64,000 bases of DNA from Utricularia gibba (Eukaryota; Plantae; Magnoliophyta): NCBI GenBank assembly GCA_002189035.1, contig NEEC01000015.1, forward strand, positions 2,294,001 to 2,358,000, in the 5' to 3' direction. Below the pieces are notes generated by a model. The model was not told where the DNA came from and made no database searches. It was given only the letters and a program-made list of their open reading frames with translations. Made by a program: the position numbers and the translations under genes. Shown here one piece after another: positions 13,833 to 27,137 of the stretch. The first letter of the stretch is position 1. Each line of letters starts with the position of its first letter.

Positions 13833-16800
13833 ATGTCGAGCGAGAAAATTGATGATAATGGTGAGGAGGAGGTGAAGGAGTCGGGAAATGAACCTGAGAA
13901 ATCTGCGTCCGAGGCGGAGGAGGACACGGATTCTGAGTCAGACTCTGAGTCCGAGTCTGAGTCCGAAACGGAGAAAGCGTCGGAGCAACTTCCGTTAGCA
14001 TACACCAGACGCGATGGGACGACCAGAGATCTTCGGACTGAATTAGAAGTCGATGAAAATTCGCCGGAAATGAATGTGCGGCGGTTCATGAGTGTTCTGA
14101 ACTCCAAGGGATTGCGCAGGGCGCAGGACGAGGAGGATAAGAAGGAAAAGTACCTGGAAGACCTGTTCGATTTTCCGCCTGACCCAGAGAGGTGGCGGGA
14201 GGAGGATTTGAAGGAGTATTGGGCGGATGCTCCGATAGGGATGACGAAGCCCGGCTGGGACCCACACGACGTTGACGAGGAGGAGGTTGATATAATCAGT
14301 GATGAGATACTTGACGGCCGGGATCCTCCGATTGCGCCGTTCTATGTGCCGTATCGGAAGCCGTATCCGGCGATTCCTGACAATAATTATGATATTTCCA
14401 ATGCCAAGGCAGCAATTGAGGAGCTGGATAGGATTGAAGAATTTTTGACTTGGGTCAGCTACATTTTCCCCGATGGAAGCTCGTGAGTGAAGAATTCTGT
14501 TTTTGTGTTTTTTTTTTTTTTTGGTTTTGGATTCATGGAATTATGGTTATAAGTATGGGTGCATTGTTAATGTAGGTATGAAGGAACTGTTTGGGATGAT
14601 AGAGCTCATGGGAAAGGTGTCTTTGTTGCGGAGAATGGACTAGTGAGGTGATTCATTTAAACTATTCCACATATTTTCATTCGAATGCAGTCATAGACGG
14701 GTTCTTCTTGATTTCCTGTTTGATCACTGTGATGACTCTTATGTGCTTCATGTAAACTATGAGCTATGATTTCTAGGTATGAGGGAGAATGGCTGCAAAA
14801 TGATATGGATGGTCATGGAATTGTTGAAGTAGATATCCCTGTTCCTGAACCCATTCCAGGTTCAAAGTATGTAAATGTCTCACTTCGTGAATATTACAAT
14901 TCAGTGTGCACTGGTGGCGAATGGGTAGTCTCATAGGTTTTGATTTCTGCCTTCTCTAGGCTTGAGGCAAAGATGCGAGCTGAAGGAGGGGTTTTCTCGT
15001 ATGACTTCATGTCACCTGAAGACAGAAAGTGGCTTGACATGGATATTGAAGACAGTTTGCGTTTATCCAATGGAGAATACGAAATTCCTTTCTATGAGAA
15101 TGAAGAGTGGATCAAACATTTTGGGCAGAAACCGTAAGTTTATCTGGCTTTCATCTATAACGCATATTCCTTGTTTGAAGAGAGCCTTTCTAGCATACTG
15201 TTATGCTTTTGAGTATGATTTCCAGCTAGCTCCATCTGAAACACTTCTGGATGCTGTACGTTTTATTGTGAATTTGTGGCAGTGAGAAAGGTCGATATCG
15301 ATATGCTGGTCAATGGAAACTTGGGCGAATGCATGGCTGTGGTATATACCAAGTCAATGAACGAACAACTTGGGTGAGAATGCATCTTAAGACCTCCTGG
15401 AACTCGAGTATTAACCCTGTGTTATGTATGATAGTCGTCCTATGCTGTATTCTCATCTTTTGCGAGACAGGCAATACATACAATCAGTTCCTACTAGATC
15501 TGTTGGTGTTACTGATAACTTGTAATTGGCAAGTGGAAATAATATCCCTTTCTACCAATGTGAACAGGGCCGATTTTACTTTGGGGAGCTTTTGGAGGAT
15601 ACAACTGGTTGTGGTATTGACATATGCTCGGTAATTAGATTTTCTTTTTTTTTTCGCATCGACATTCTATATTTTCTAAAATGCCTCACTGATTTTGACT
15701 GAGAAACAATAGTACCTCAGATGCATGCAGGAATCGCTGAGGTTGCAGCAGCAAAGGCACGTATGTTTGTGAACAAGCCTGATGGAAGTGAGTTGACTTG
15801 CACCTCAACTTTGTATCCTATTTGTTTTTAATTTCTGGACTTTATTAGTGCTCCTTTTGTGCCTGAGGGTTATCCACTGAACACAACTCTGCTCATTCAT
15901 ACAGTGGTTAGAGAATATTATGGGCCATTTGGGGATCCTCAGCATGCTTATTTCTATGAGGAAGATGATGTTTGGATGGCTCCGGGGTTCATCAATCAGT
16001 TCTATGAAGTAATTTTTTTGCAAGTTCGAAAATTTGCTGTTAATCATGCTTATACAATATATAAACAATTTGCAGGTCCCAGATTTCTGGAAAACATATG
16101 TTCAAGAGGTGGACAAAGAGAGGCAGCTTTGGCTCAACTCCTTTTACAAAGCTCCACTTAGGCTCCCCATGCCTTCTGAACTTGAACATTGGTGGTCTAA
16201 CTGTAAGAATTCCGAACTCAATCAAATCACCCATCATCATTCTTCCATAAGTGTTAATGCTGTGTCTTTTCTTTTACACAGATGAGAAACCAGAATTTGT
16301 GCTTATTAATACGGATCCGGTGCCTGATCCTCAGGATCCATCCAAACTTATCTATAAAGAAGATCCATACATTCTGCACACCCCAACTGGAAGGCTAATA
16401 GATTTCGTGGAAGATGAGGAACATGGGATCCGTTTATTTTGGCTACCAGATCTCAAGGATGGGGAGGCTGTTGATCTTGACAAGGTCAGCTTCCTTCCCC
16501 TTGGATTTGATGAGTTTTATGGGAAGGGTGTGAGTGAACCCGATACGGCTTGGGTACGGTTTCTAAAAAATGCGCAAAACGCATTTAAAAGCCTTGGCGA
16601 ACGTCTAGAAAAGATAAAGGAGGAAACTAAGGCAGCCAGTGAAAAGAAGATGGCAGATTATAAGAAAGAACAGCAACTAATGGAAGAGGAGTCATCAGCC
16701 GAGAAAAAGCAGATTGCTGCTTTGGATGAGAGACTGAAGCAGATGCAGGAAGAGGCGGAAAAGAAAGTGGCACAAGAGGTCCCCAAGGAGGAAGGTATTC

Positions 16801-17353
16801 CGGTTCCTGAGCCTACGGCGGAGCAGGAGCAGGAAGAGGAGGAAGAAGAAGAAGAAGAAGAAAATGTTCCATCCAGTTTTGGGTTCACCGATGAGCCAAA
16901 AGGAAATAACTCCAGAAGATCCCCTTTTGCTTCGGCCTCCCTAGTGCTAGCCAGCTCCCATCTCTTCTCATCAGTGAGTTTCAGCTCTTCCGGCTTCAGT
17001 GCATACTCACTCATTTTCCCACGTTCACCTTACCGTCAACTGTGCAGGTTCCCACATTGCTGCAGGATTCTTTCTCAAAGTGGAAAAACAGGCGATCTCC
17101 AATGCCAACAACCCTCACCCCTGCTCCTGCAGGATGCAGCCGGTTCAACGGCGTCAGCTTCCCTCTTCCGGCTCACAAGACCTGGAACCTAAGGTGTTCA
17201 CCACGAACTCAAGCTTCCGCAAGGCAGTCAACAAGTCTGAGAAGGCGGTGCAGGAAGGAAACTTCCCCGGAACCCGTATGGGTTCCATCTCCATCGCAGC
17301 CTTTTGGCATATTGTCTCTTCATACTCCTCTCAACGAATTGCCTCATTTGTAG
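13833..17353 (+). CDS. TIC100: Protein TIC 100 (EMB1211), MORN-repeat chloroplast import component
   Basis: Acidic N-terminus, DFPPDPERWREEDLKEYWAD, MORN repeats YEGTVWDDRAHGKG / YEGEWLQNDMDGHG / YAGQWKLGRMHGCG, and YEEDDVWMAPGFINQFY. Last exon 17048-17353 ends GILSLHTPLNELPHL. Confidence 0.93.
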
Positions 17354-17823
17354 TCCCATTTGAAGCCACCCCGTCTCTACATGGGCTGCTACATTTTTGC
17401 AGATTGAAGCCATGCTTAACAATTTCCTGATGCTACAGTAGTTTATGTCGGAGTGGGGCTGCGGCGGGTTGGGTTTCTCGGCTGTTTCGGCGGCTCGTGG
17501 GCCTGGGAAGATGCATGCATGCCAAGATAAGATTGAGAGAACTGAGTCGAGTTTTGATTGGCTCCCGGCAGCTGGCCGATGGTCGCTCCATCACAACACG
17601 CAACTGAGAGGCAATTTCTTTTTTGCTATTACATCACGTGGCGCGCCGCGCCCCCTTCGGCATCATCCGCCTCTTCACTGTGGTCAAGTCAAGCCCGCAG
17701 CAGCCCTGATGTGCAAGTACGTATATATTTCCTCCCTCCATCACAATTCCATACTTGTAAGTCTAATCTTCTCCATCGGGTGAACTCTGAACCACAGCCT
17801 TAGTATTGGAGTTCTGGACAGAG

Positions 17824-18491
17824 ATGCCGTCGCCTAAGAGCCAACGGAGAGCGACGACGGGGCATGAAAAGAACAGGAAAGGGAGGTTATCCGATCGAGC
17901 ATCTTCTTTTACCGTCGAACGCACCGCGGAGGCGGCGGAGGTGCCCCCGAGGCCGAGAACTGTGCCGAATCTGTTTTCTGGAATTAGGATCGAGGAGACG
18001 ACGCAGGTGGTTTACAGTCGGCCGAAGCTTACGAAGCTGCTCGTGAATGTGACGATCCAGAGGAGTCTTGGTGCGGTGAAGGTGATCGTACCGTTGGAGG
18101 CGACGGTCGAGGAGTTGGTCGGGGCGGCGTTGAAACAGTACGTGAAGGAGATGCGGCTGCCGGTACTCCCCTCCGTCGATTCATCGAAATTCGATCTCCA
18201 TTACTCGCAGTTCGCGTTGGAGAGTAAGCCTCGATCTCGATTGCTATGCGCTCAACAATTTCTATATCCCTACGATTCGAGTTGTAAACTCAAGATTCCT
18301 CGATCGATCGTTAAACAGGTTTGGGTAGAGAGGAGAAACTGATGAATTTGGAGTCACGGAACTTCTTTCTCTGCCTGAACGCAACGGCGGCCGCTGTAGA
18401 AACCGTCGAGAATTCAACCTCCAGATGCTCCAAAGAAGCCACCATCAGGAGGGGAATCTCGTGGTTGAAGTTCAAGGATTTTTCAGTCTGA
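17824..18491 (+). CDS. DUF7054 / At2g27830-At4g22758-like protein, 2 exons
   Basis: TKLLVNVTIQRSLGAVKVIVPLEATVEELVGAALKQYVKEMRLP...FDLHYSQFALES, spliced to LGREEKLMNLESRNFFLC. Confidence 0.8.
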
Positions 18492-18937
18492 TTAAAAGAC
18501 AATCATACATTTTGGGTGAATTAATCATAGCCGCAGCACGCACATCTCCCCGACGTTAATCCAACCGTCGGAAATCAATCAATCATTCAATCACATGATT
18601 GTTTCGGTTGCTGGAGGCGCAAGGATGCCTCTGTCTTGTCTGTGCCTCATTCTTGTATCCGTCGTCTTTGGTTCTTTATTGTGAGTGTTCACAAATACAA
18701 ATGCGAAAATTACGCACATGGATTTTGGATCCTTCACGCCAATCCTACTGAACTCCGAGGTGATCGACAGTGTCTGGTTCTGGAAATGGTGGGCGAGCAA
18801 TCGAGACACTGGGGCCATATTCAAGCAACTCACAGAATGTAAAGTTCTACAGAAACAGAGAGAAGAGGGCAGCTCAAGGCATCAAGCACCCATTTGTTGT
18901 AACCAGAACACAAGCAAACCTGCAGAATGAGGTGGAG

Positions 18938-19762
18938 TCACCGACCCTTTTCTTCCCTTTCCTTGTTCCATTGCTCAATTCTAGCTCTCCTTTCCTCGCT
19001 TCCTTCCCTCGCCGGGCTTCGGCTCCTCCGCGGACTCCCACCGTGCCTTCTCCTGTCGCCTTCGTGCCTATGACTACCACCCCTTCGCCCGCCACCGCGA
19101 TAATCCCGCCGCTCATGATCCCTCTCCCTATCCCGCCTATTAGCGTGAGAGGGGCTAGCACTTCGGCTACGGCTCCTACGGCCCCAAAACCTAGTCTGCC
19201 TTCTTCCGAATAGTTTCTTCCTCAAATCCCGACCAATCATCTTAACGTGCATAAAATTGCAATACCCACCGCGAGCGCAGCTATCCTCCTCGTATTGTCT
19301 GCATGTGGCTTCACGGAAGTCCGTGACGGGGGAAAAATCGGCGATGATTGGACGCCCTGAGTAGAATCTTCCGGTCAAGGCGTTCAGAGCGGCGGCGGCA
19401 TGATCCTCCTCCTTGAAATGGACATACACGTTTCCGATCATGTGGTCAGCGAGATTGTCGCAGACGTTGAGGCTCTCGATCTCGCCGAATTTGTTGAGCT
19501 CCTCATAAATATCCTCGTAAAAGTCCTCGAAATGCTCCTGAATCTTGCGAGCCTCAATTGGCTGACCCTGAGCGTCCACACCGGGGGTTATCATATCAGG
19601 ACGCTGGTACATATTCGCCAGAAGAAGCGTCGGAGATATCGTCGGCCGGTTGTGAAGCCGTGAGCAGCGGTCACCGTGCCGACAAGCTCCGATCTTGAAA
19701 TAGAACGGGCAGTTCACCCGATCCTTCTCTGTTCCGAAGATCGAAGCCAAATGCTCTGCCAT
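18938..19762 (-). CDS. U2AF35: Splicing factor U2AF small subunit (U2AF35), intronless CDS
   Basis: [43 protein letters not shown], second CCCH zinc finger and RS-rich tail. Confidence 0.97.
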   Translation of the reverse strand: MAEHLASIFGTEKDRVNCPFYFKIGACRHGDRCSRLHNRPTISPTLLLANMYQRPDMITPGVDAQGQPIEARKIQEHFEDFYEDIYEELNKFGEIESLNVCDNLADHMIGNVYVHFKEEDHAAAALNALTGRFYSGRPIIADFSPVTDFREATCRQYEEDSCARGGYCNFMHVKMIGRDLRKKLFGRRQTRFWGRRSRSRSASPSHANRRDRERDHERRDYRGGGRRGGSHRHEGDRRRHGGSPRRSRSPAREGSEERRARIEQWNKEREEKGR

Positions 19763-19841
19763 TGATCTCCAACCACTTCCACAAGATCCAAACGGCAAAA
19801 TCAATCGGAACGTCCGCACCCGACCGACGGACTGGAAACGC

Positions 19842-19982
19842 AAACCCTAGTATTTTGGGAAATTGTACTGCTTCCCCAATGTGCAACTGCGGGAAAACAT
19901 AAGAGCCCCGGCTTGCTTGATGGGCCGGCTCATAAGCAATAAGGATCACGGGGATGGTGTCGAGTCAACCCAGGCCGGCCCA
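19842..19982. promoter_or_regulatory. Bidirectional housekeeping promoter (telo-box plus site II elements) between U2AF35 and HD2
   Basis: AAACCCTA at 19842-19849, TGGGCC at 19921-19926 and GGCCCA at 19977-19982, between divergent ATGs at 19762 and 20171. Confidence 0.5.
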
Positions 19983-20170
19983 TCTGTGGGAAGAATTTAT
20001 TAAAATAAAAAACTAATTAAAATGATACTCTTTAATCCAATTCAAATATTTCCTTACCACTAGAGCGAGCCCTTGGTTTCTTTTCGCGCTTCTCACAATC
20101 CTGTCGCCGTGGTGGCGGCTGTGTCGAAATCTAATCTTCATTTCCGGGTGACTTCGTCTGGGAAAAGCTG

Positions 20171-20920
20171 ATGGAGTTTTGGGGTGAGTTCTCCTTCTTA
20201 TGTGTATAGGCGATGAGTTAGTTCCTTGGAATTGGTGAAGATTCAAGATTCGTGCTCTTCTTTTCTTGTTTGGGGCTTGCTGATTCTCGTTTTGTGTTTC
20301 TAATTGCTTTCGATTTTCATCGCTGTTTCTCTAAATGTATCAGGAGTTAATGTCAGCGCCGGGAAACCTTTAGTTGTAGAACCACAATACGGAAAATTGG
20401 TTCATGTCTCACAGGTTACTTACTTTCTACTGGTTTCTCTCTGTGTTACATGGGACTACGCTGTTTATAAATTTGTTTTGTATTGTTTTCAGGTTGCATT
20501 GTGTGAGTTGGGTAGTAAGCAGATGGACAGAAAAGTTCATCTCAAGGTCAAGATCAATGGTGAGAACTTCACAATTGGATTCCTTTCAGGAGAAGACCAA
20601 CCTCAGATGATTTTGGATCTGGTGTTTCAGAAGGAGTTTGAACTATCTCATGATTGGGACGATGGGATTGTTTCCTTCATTGGCTACACCGCCGACAATG
20701 ACTCCTCAGGTTGCTATGATGCTATGCTCTGCCTTGTATTATTAACCCATCTTGTTGGATGAAAATCGGAATATTTCAACTGTGTTACTGCTTCCTTTGT
20801 AGTTGGGTGATGATTCCTCATGTGACTCAGATCATACTGAGTCCAGTGATGAGCTTGGGCATCCCTAAAAATGACTCCTCTGATTGTAGCAGCCCCAGCG
20901 ATTCCTCCTAAACCTGGCAG
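20171..20920 (+). CDS. HDT: HD2-type (HDT) nucleoplasmin-like protein, short or possibly degenerate; 3' end uncertain
   Basis: Diagnostic MEFWG micro-exon at 20171, then VNVSAGKPLVVEPQYGKLVHVSQ and VALCE...QMILDLVFQKEFELSHDWDDGIVSFIGY. The downstream acidic exon is short and out of phase. Confidence 0.8.
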
Positions 20921-21459
20921 GTATTTGTTTCGATGAAGAAGTCATGCATGCCTTCACAGTTTCACGAGTTTGCTGGTGGGTGTGCACGGAATCAGATGCT
21001 CATGTAGTCTGAATCCAATCCCCTCTCCTAGTCTGCTCCTTGTTGTACCTTACTGTATTAGTTGTTTTTTTTCCAGTCTTTGTGAACAAATCTATTTCGA
21101 AAATCGTCAACATATTTCTGAACATAATCCAAGTAATCAACAGGTGAAGAAACACCCCGGGAGCAGCACACACTAAATACATCCTACTTTATGATGAAGG
21201 CAAAGTTTTTGTGTATCACTTGGATGAGTCTGTTCAAACACATACCAACTTGGAAACTCAATAGACACCAAAAAACAGGTTTCACACTATATGAACAAAA
21301 CAATTATTCGTCTGATTGCAATCACCATCTGCCTTTTACCAGCCATTATTTTTGGGGTACCTTGTTTCTTTTCTGTGAGCGGCTCGAGTCACCTTTTTCT
21401 TTGTTGACTGGTTTTCTGTTTCTGCACTGTATGGATCACTCTCGCTTCTATTGGAGCTG

Positions 21460-24254
21460 CTAAGACGAGGGGACAATCGTTCCCATGTAGCCAAAGCCGG
21501 CAATGGTGAAGGTGATGACTTGAAGGAAGAGATATATGAAATAGTTGTTCTTGCCATAGAGGAAGTCGTAGCATCCACAGAAGAAGAGGAAGAGAGCGAA
21601 GCCCAGTTCTTGGGGGAGAACCCTGTCAAGTAAAAAAAAATTTAAATAATGTGATCAGAAACTTGGATGTAAAATTTGCTAGTTTTCCTCACCTGTCCCC
21701 AAGGAGCTTGGACAAAGACTTCTTGGGCGCAGCTGATTTGCTCTTGTTCTTTAGAGCATCTCCAAGTTTCTCTGTAACCACCCATTCGTTGGCTCGCTTG
21801 GCCTCTAACAGGCCTATGAACGTAGCCTTTGTCCGGTGGAATGACATCACATTTTCAAATAGAACCCAGAAGAACAATAGATGGAATGACCTGAATAGCA
21901 TGTCAAAGTTCATTCCTTTGACTGATCTTTTTACAAATACAGTATTACGATGGATGATGGGTTCGGCTTACCTTGGAGTTCCGACAGAGTTGAGGGTGGT
22001 TATGATGCAAGGGATGTAAATAGCTCCCCATTTCGGAACATCGACTTCAGGGACGAGAACTGTGAGGGGGAGCACCACGCAGTAGAAGATGAAGGTGAAC
22101 ATGTGAGCAATGAGCTTCCGGACAAAGAAGAAACTGTAGATGACATAGAACTTCTTGTACAGTGTAACTTTCTGCACACACAGAGTTACGGTTATCTTGG
22201 TCACAGCTTCACTATGTGCACTTGAAAAGTCCTTGAAATAGTAACAGAAACAAACCTTATTCGTTGCGATATCGAACACCATCTTCCTAAACAAGTTTGC
22301 TGGTCCACAGGACCACCTGTGCTGCTGGAAACGGAAGGCTTTGAATGTGCTAGGAAGTTCACTTTTCACCTATATACATACACATCAAATCGCATTCACA
22401 TTACATCACAATTGGAATATCATCACGTCGTATATCAAAAGCAACATCGCTACATCGAGATAAACCATCTTATTTTGAGCAAAAGAAGGCGTGTATGTAC
22501 CTGGAGGTCTCCCAAGTAGAGAAACTTCCAACCTTTGAGCCCAGCACGAACAGCAAGATCCATATCCTCAACAGTTGTCCGATCCTTCCAGCCTCCGGCC
22601 TCTTCGATCGCAGCAAGTCTCCATATTCCACCAGTTCCTGAGAAACATGATAGTTTCAGCACTATGACACAATGCATGCGAGTTCATATCACAGGCCAAG
22701 TTGCGTATAACTCACCATTGAAGCCAAAGAAGGCATGCGTGGAAGATCCCACCTCTTGCTCCACCTTGAAGTGGTAATCAAGAGACATTTCTTGCATTCT
22801 TGTCAACAGGCATTCGTTCGAATTCACTGCAACATCAGCCAATCAGACGCCCAACAAAAAAAATACCCCACAAATAAGTATCTTTTCGAACCAAACACGC
22901 CCTTAAGGCATAAAGTGTTCAACCGACAAATCAGGGCCACAACCGAAGAAAACAACCAGGAGGAAAGGAATCAACCGCTCACGGGAATCCGCCAGCCAGC
23001 CACGGAGAAAGTAACCGCCGTTACCTTTTGACGGACACCACGTGACATAACACTGCTACAATCACCCTACAACCCGGGTCCCACATAGCATTATTTTACA
23101 TATTTGCCCTTGGCTGCCAATAATTAACTATAGTAGTTGACTGGGGTGACGCCTAGCAGTAATTGAAAGGAGAACAGTTCAGACAAACAATACTAACGAA
23201 TTTACCTTTTTGTCCTACGACACATTTAATTAAATTGCTAAAAACGTGATTCGTTGAGGATTAAGGGGGCGTGATATACGGAGAGCAAATTGAAGGAAGT
23301 GAAAATTTCAGTGTGGGCCCCGCTCCCCGCCACCGACGCCGAAATATGCAATTTAAAAAAAGAAAAAGAAAAAAAAAGGACGACGACGGCTAATGCGGCG
23401 GGGATGCTTACCGAACCTCCATCGCGCCTGTACGAGCGCGATGTCGGGGTTGTGGATGAGGAAGGGGATCGCGCGGCGGAGAAAATCAGGCTCCGGCCGG
23501 AAATCGGCGTCGAAGATGACGACGTATTCACAGGCCTTGGCGTAGTCGTGTGTCAGTCCTTCTTTTAGGGCTCCGGCCTTGTACCCGCCGCGAGTTTCAC
23601 GGATCTGGTACCGGATGTCCACTCCCTTGCTCGCCCACCGCAAACATTCCTTCTCCACCAAATCCTGCACCCGGTTCAAAATTCAATCCTCCTCTCCATT
23701 AATTTCACATTCATCCAAAACAATGGAACGTTTTCGGTGACAGAGAAGGATTTGGCGAGATTTAGATTGAAGCGGTTACCTTAATGTGGAGGTCTGTGGA
23801 ATCGTCTAGAACCTGAATGACTAATTTATCCGCCGGCCAAGAGAGGTTGCAGGCGGCGCCGATGGAGATCTTGTAAACCTGGAAGAAGCGTCGGGGCGGC
23901 GGAGTGAGGCTGCAGACATTTTTTTAATTAAAAAAAAATAGAATGTACCTCCTTCTCGTTGAACATGGGGATCTGAACGAGGACGGCCGGGAAATCGGCG
24001 TTGCCGGACTCCACGTCCTCCTCCATGGGCTCCCATCTATATCGTTTCTCCGGCTTCTTCCAAAATAGCTTAACGAGAACGATAACGACTCCCATGTACA
24101 ATCTCTCGAGGAACACCATTATCGACATTGCCAAACACATGTATACACAGAGATTGAGCACCGGCACGATGAGCGGAGTCCTCACCGTTTCCCAGAGCAG
24201 CCCAATTTGTCGACCCGCACCCGCCGCGTAACCCAATTCAGGGAACTCAGCCAT
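21460..24254 (-). CDS. CSLA: Cellulose synthase-like A glucomannan 4-beta-mannosyltransferase (CSLA2-like), 9 exons
   Basis: [54 protein letters not shown] and C-terminal [16 protein letters not shown]. The exons I traced are in frame. Confidence 0.95.
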
Positions 24255-25400
24255 CTTCACCGAAAAAACCAAACCGACAACTGAAACAGGGGGGCTCTTT
24301 CTGGCTCAAGTGCAGTAGCTCTAGACAGATCTGCTGATTATTCCAGAGATTTTAGAACATGGGAACAGGGAATGTGGTCCTGTGTTTTCTCCTCCCTCAG
24401 CTGCTTCAGCAAAGCAACCTGTTCTTGCTCCTTTTTCTCTTGCTCCGTCTCAGAATAGAAGAGAGGCGCAGGAGCTCTGCCCTCCCAGTGTCTGTCTCTG
24501 AGAGAGAAAGAAAAAGAAGGCCCCAAGAACGTGAGCGATCCCCAAACAAATGAAAATGTCGTCTTTTGTACACGGTGAGACAGCTCCTTACTTTTCACAC
24601 TAATCACCTCATTACCTATTTAAATAATTATAAATTCCATTTTATTATATATACTAATTTAAAAATATTCCAAACTGGAATTAGTCAATTTGACGAATTA
24701 AAAAAGGCAACTAATTATAAATAACCTGCACTAGCACATTTTTATTTTTAGCAAGATACAGAAATTCCGTGTAAGATTCTTCATTTCCATTTAAATATAT
24801 GATCATGTTCGTTATGTTTATTCACGCCATTGATAACGACATTTTTTTTTTATTTCAACCATATAATATAAATATACTAATTAATTAAATTATCGTATAA
24901 AAATATATTTGGCTAGGGAAAAAAAAAAAAGATGTGTTGTGCATTATGATGTCCACTAATTGTCTGCCATTTTTCCGTGAATTATTCGGCGAATAATAGG
25001 GTAGATAATAAGGGTGTCAGAGGAGCCAGCGACGGCTGCCCTGTACACCCTGGACATGCATTTCATATCATATCAGCGAATTGAATTTGATTGGTTAGGG
25101 GAGGTTTAGGTTATTTATTTCTTTTCAGAAAATACAATATATATCATTTATCGTGTAATTTCGAATTGCTTCATTTAAAACTGATATCCACATGTTGGCA
25201 CGAGAGGGGCTGCCGACAGGTGCATTATGTGCGACTTCATTTACCATGTTACACCTTTCAATCGTCTGGGGGCCCACGTAATGTGACACGTCACCTTTTC
25301 GGAAAAGACCTTCAAATAACAATACTACTAACTGTGTTATATTAATAATGAGTAACGATGGGGGTGGATGGATGTTCATGTTGTGCTGATGATGGTAATT

Positions 25401-25424
25401 ACATACATACATACATACATACAT
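25401..25424. repeat. (ACAT)6 microsatellite
   Basis: acatacatacatacatacatacat is directly visible. Confidence 0.9.
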
Positions 25425-25917
25425 GCTAACTATCCCAATTATTATCGCCCAAAACACACATACGTACATGCATCCATGATGCATTCATGGGCAGCTTACC
25501 AAATATGTCGGCAACCCACCCATCCCCGAGTCATTTATTAGTGATGCAAATTTACTGCCCTTGACCCACCAAATTAGGCAGTACATCATCGCTAAAAATA
25601 ACAACCATCTCTTTAATAAAAAATAATTGTATTTTTTAATGATATTTATAGTACGTTTTGATATTCGGAGGCGTACCTAATGGGGTGCTGTATAGGCCTG
25701 CGTCCACACGTGTATTCCAGTAGGTACGCAGGGTACATTCGAGAATCCGTTCGCGGGTCAACCCGGTTCGTTCAACCAATGGAATTGATTGACTAACGTA
25801 CGCTTATGTCCAAACCAGAGTGTACAGTGGTTGCGCCTACCCATCACCTTTGAATCCCTACGTTCCAACGGCAACCATTCTCCAGAAGTGAATCGCATAT
25901 CTACTGACTGATTGCCT

Positions 25918-25944
25918 CCGACCCGACCCGACCCGACCCGACCC
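25918..25944. repeat. (CCGAC)5 pentanucleotide tandem repeat
   Basis: ccgacccgacccgacccgacccgaccc is directly visible. Confidence 0.9.
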
Positions 25945-27137
25945 ATGTGCGGGTGCTTTCATCTGATGGCACGTCTTTCTCGTTGTGCCGTTAGCAAATC
26001 GCAATACCAACTGGAAAGCCTACTACGCCCACCGTTTTGGATTCGTTCCTATTATGAAATAAATATTTTATTATAATACTGATAAATAATAACTTGCACG
26101 GTGAAACCAGAAACCAGAAAGCGCTATCATTTTCCGATGATAAATTAATCACTCCCCAATAGGAATAATGACGTAATGATTGCTATTCTTTTCTTTTTCT
26201 AATTGATATATTTTTTTATCGGAATTAAATACTTATTTAATAATTTCCATTGCATTTGCAGCCATGTTTGTTTTATTATTTTTTATTTGAATGAAATAAT
26301 GGGGGCGTGATTGCCGGGGCGTCGAGAAATCTATTTTCATATCTTGTATTCATTCATTATTGTCGGTTATGTCGGGAGCTTTCTTTAGGGCAATGGGCAT
26401 ACACACACCCACCAATTAATGTAAATATTTCATAATTTCAAGATTGCAATCCTTGTGTATGTCTTATATTTGAATGAATTAATTAATGTTTTTGAAATGG
26501 GGGGCGGGGGGCACGTGCGGAAGCATATGAAATGGGTATGGGGCTAGGGAGAGATGGGATATGATATCACGTGCCTTCTACTAAAGGATGGGCAACAAAT
26601 ATATGTTGATGATTCATTATTGAGTTTGTGGCCCGTTCAGTCCTATGTAAGTAATATTCCTCGAATATTCCACCATTTTTTCTTTTACAATTTTTTAACC
26701 GCCATAGTATGAGAATTTCTTTTCTTTTTACCGAAATATATATGTATTTTTTTTATTTTTTTTAAATTAAATCTTCAAGCATTACTGAATTAAAAACACA
26801 TTTTGAAAAGTGTTTTTTTTAAAGTAGAATTATAGGGGTTAAGTTGAGGAGGGAGGGTCTTTTTGTGCTTGTTTGTTTTTTGATGGGACAATAATTTCAC
26901 TGGTGGGTGTTGCCGGTGTAGCCCTACAGAATTATTGCCCTTCTGAAGAGTCGTCTTGCCACGTGTCTCGCTGAATAATGACACTGGGTTTTTTTAATAA
27001 TAAAGATATTAAATGAAAAACACGCTCACTGTTGTGTTTATGAATAGAATGATCCAATTGTTTGTTACTAACAAGTTAGGTCTTCAGCTTTCCTCGAAAT
27101 GTGAATTGGGGCCCAGATTGGGAGCGTGATCTACCGA

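Noticed and set aside
18591-18930. Several 68-81 aa ORFs between DUF7054 and U2AF35
   Set aside because: Fall in convergent 3' UTRs and have no recognisable similarity.
23078-23088. USE-like GTCCCACATAG in a CSLA intron
   Set aside because: Mismatch in the core, and no convincing TATA or snRNA-like sequence downstream.
25918-25944. CCGAC repeat as a DRE/CRT cold-response array
   Set aside because: The copies are CCCGAC or TCCGAC rather than RCCGAC; a simple tandem repeat is sufficient explanation.
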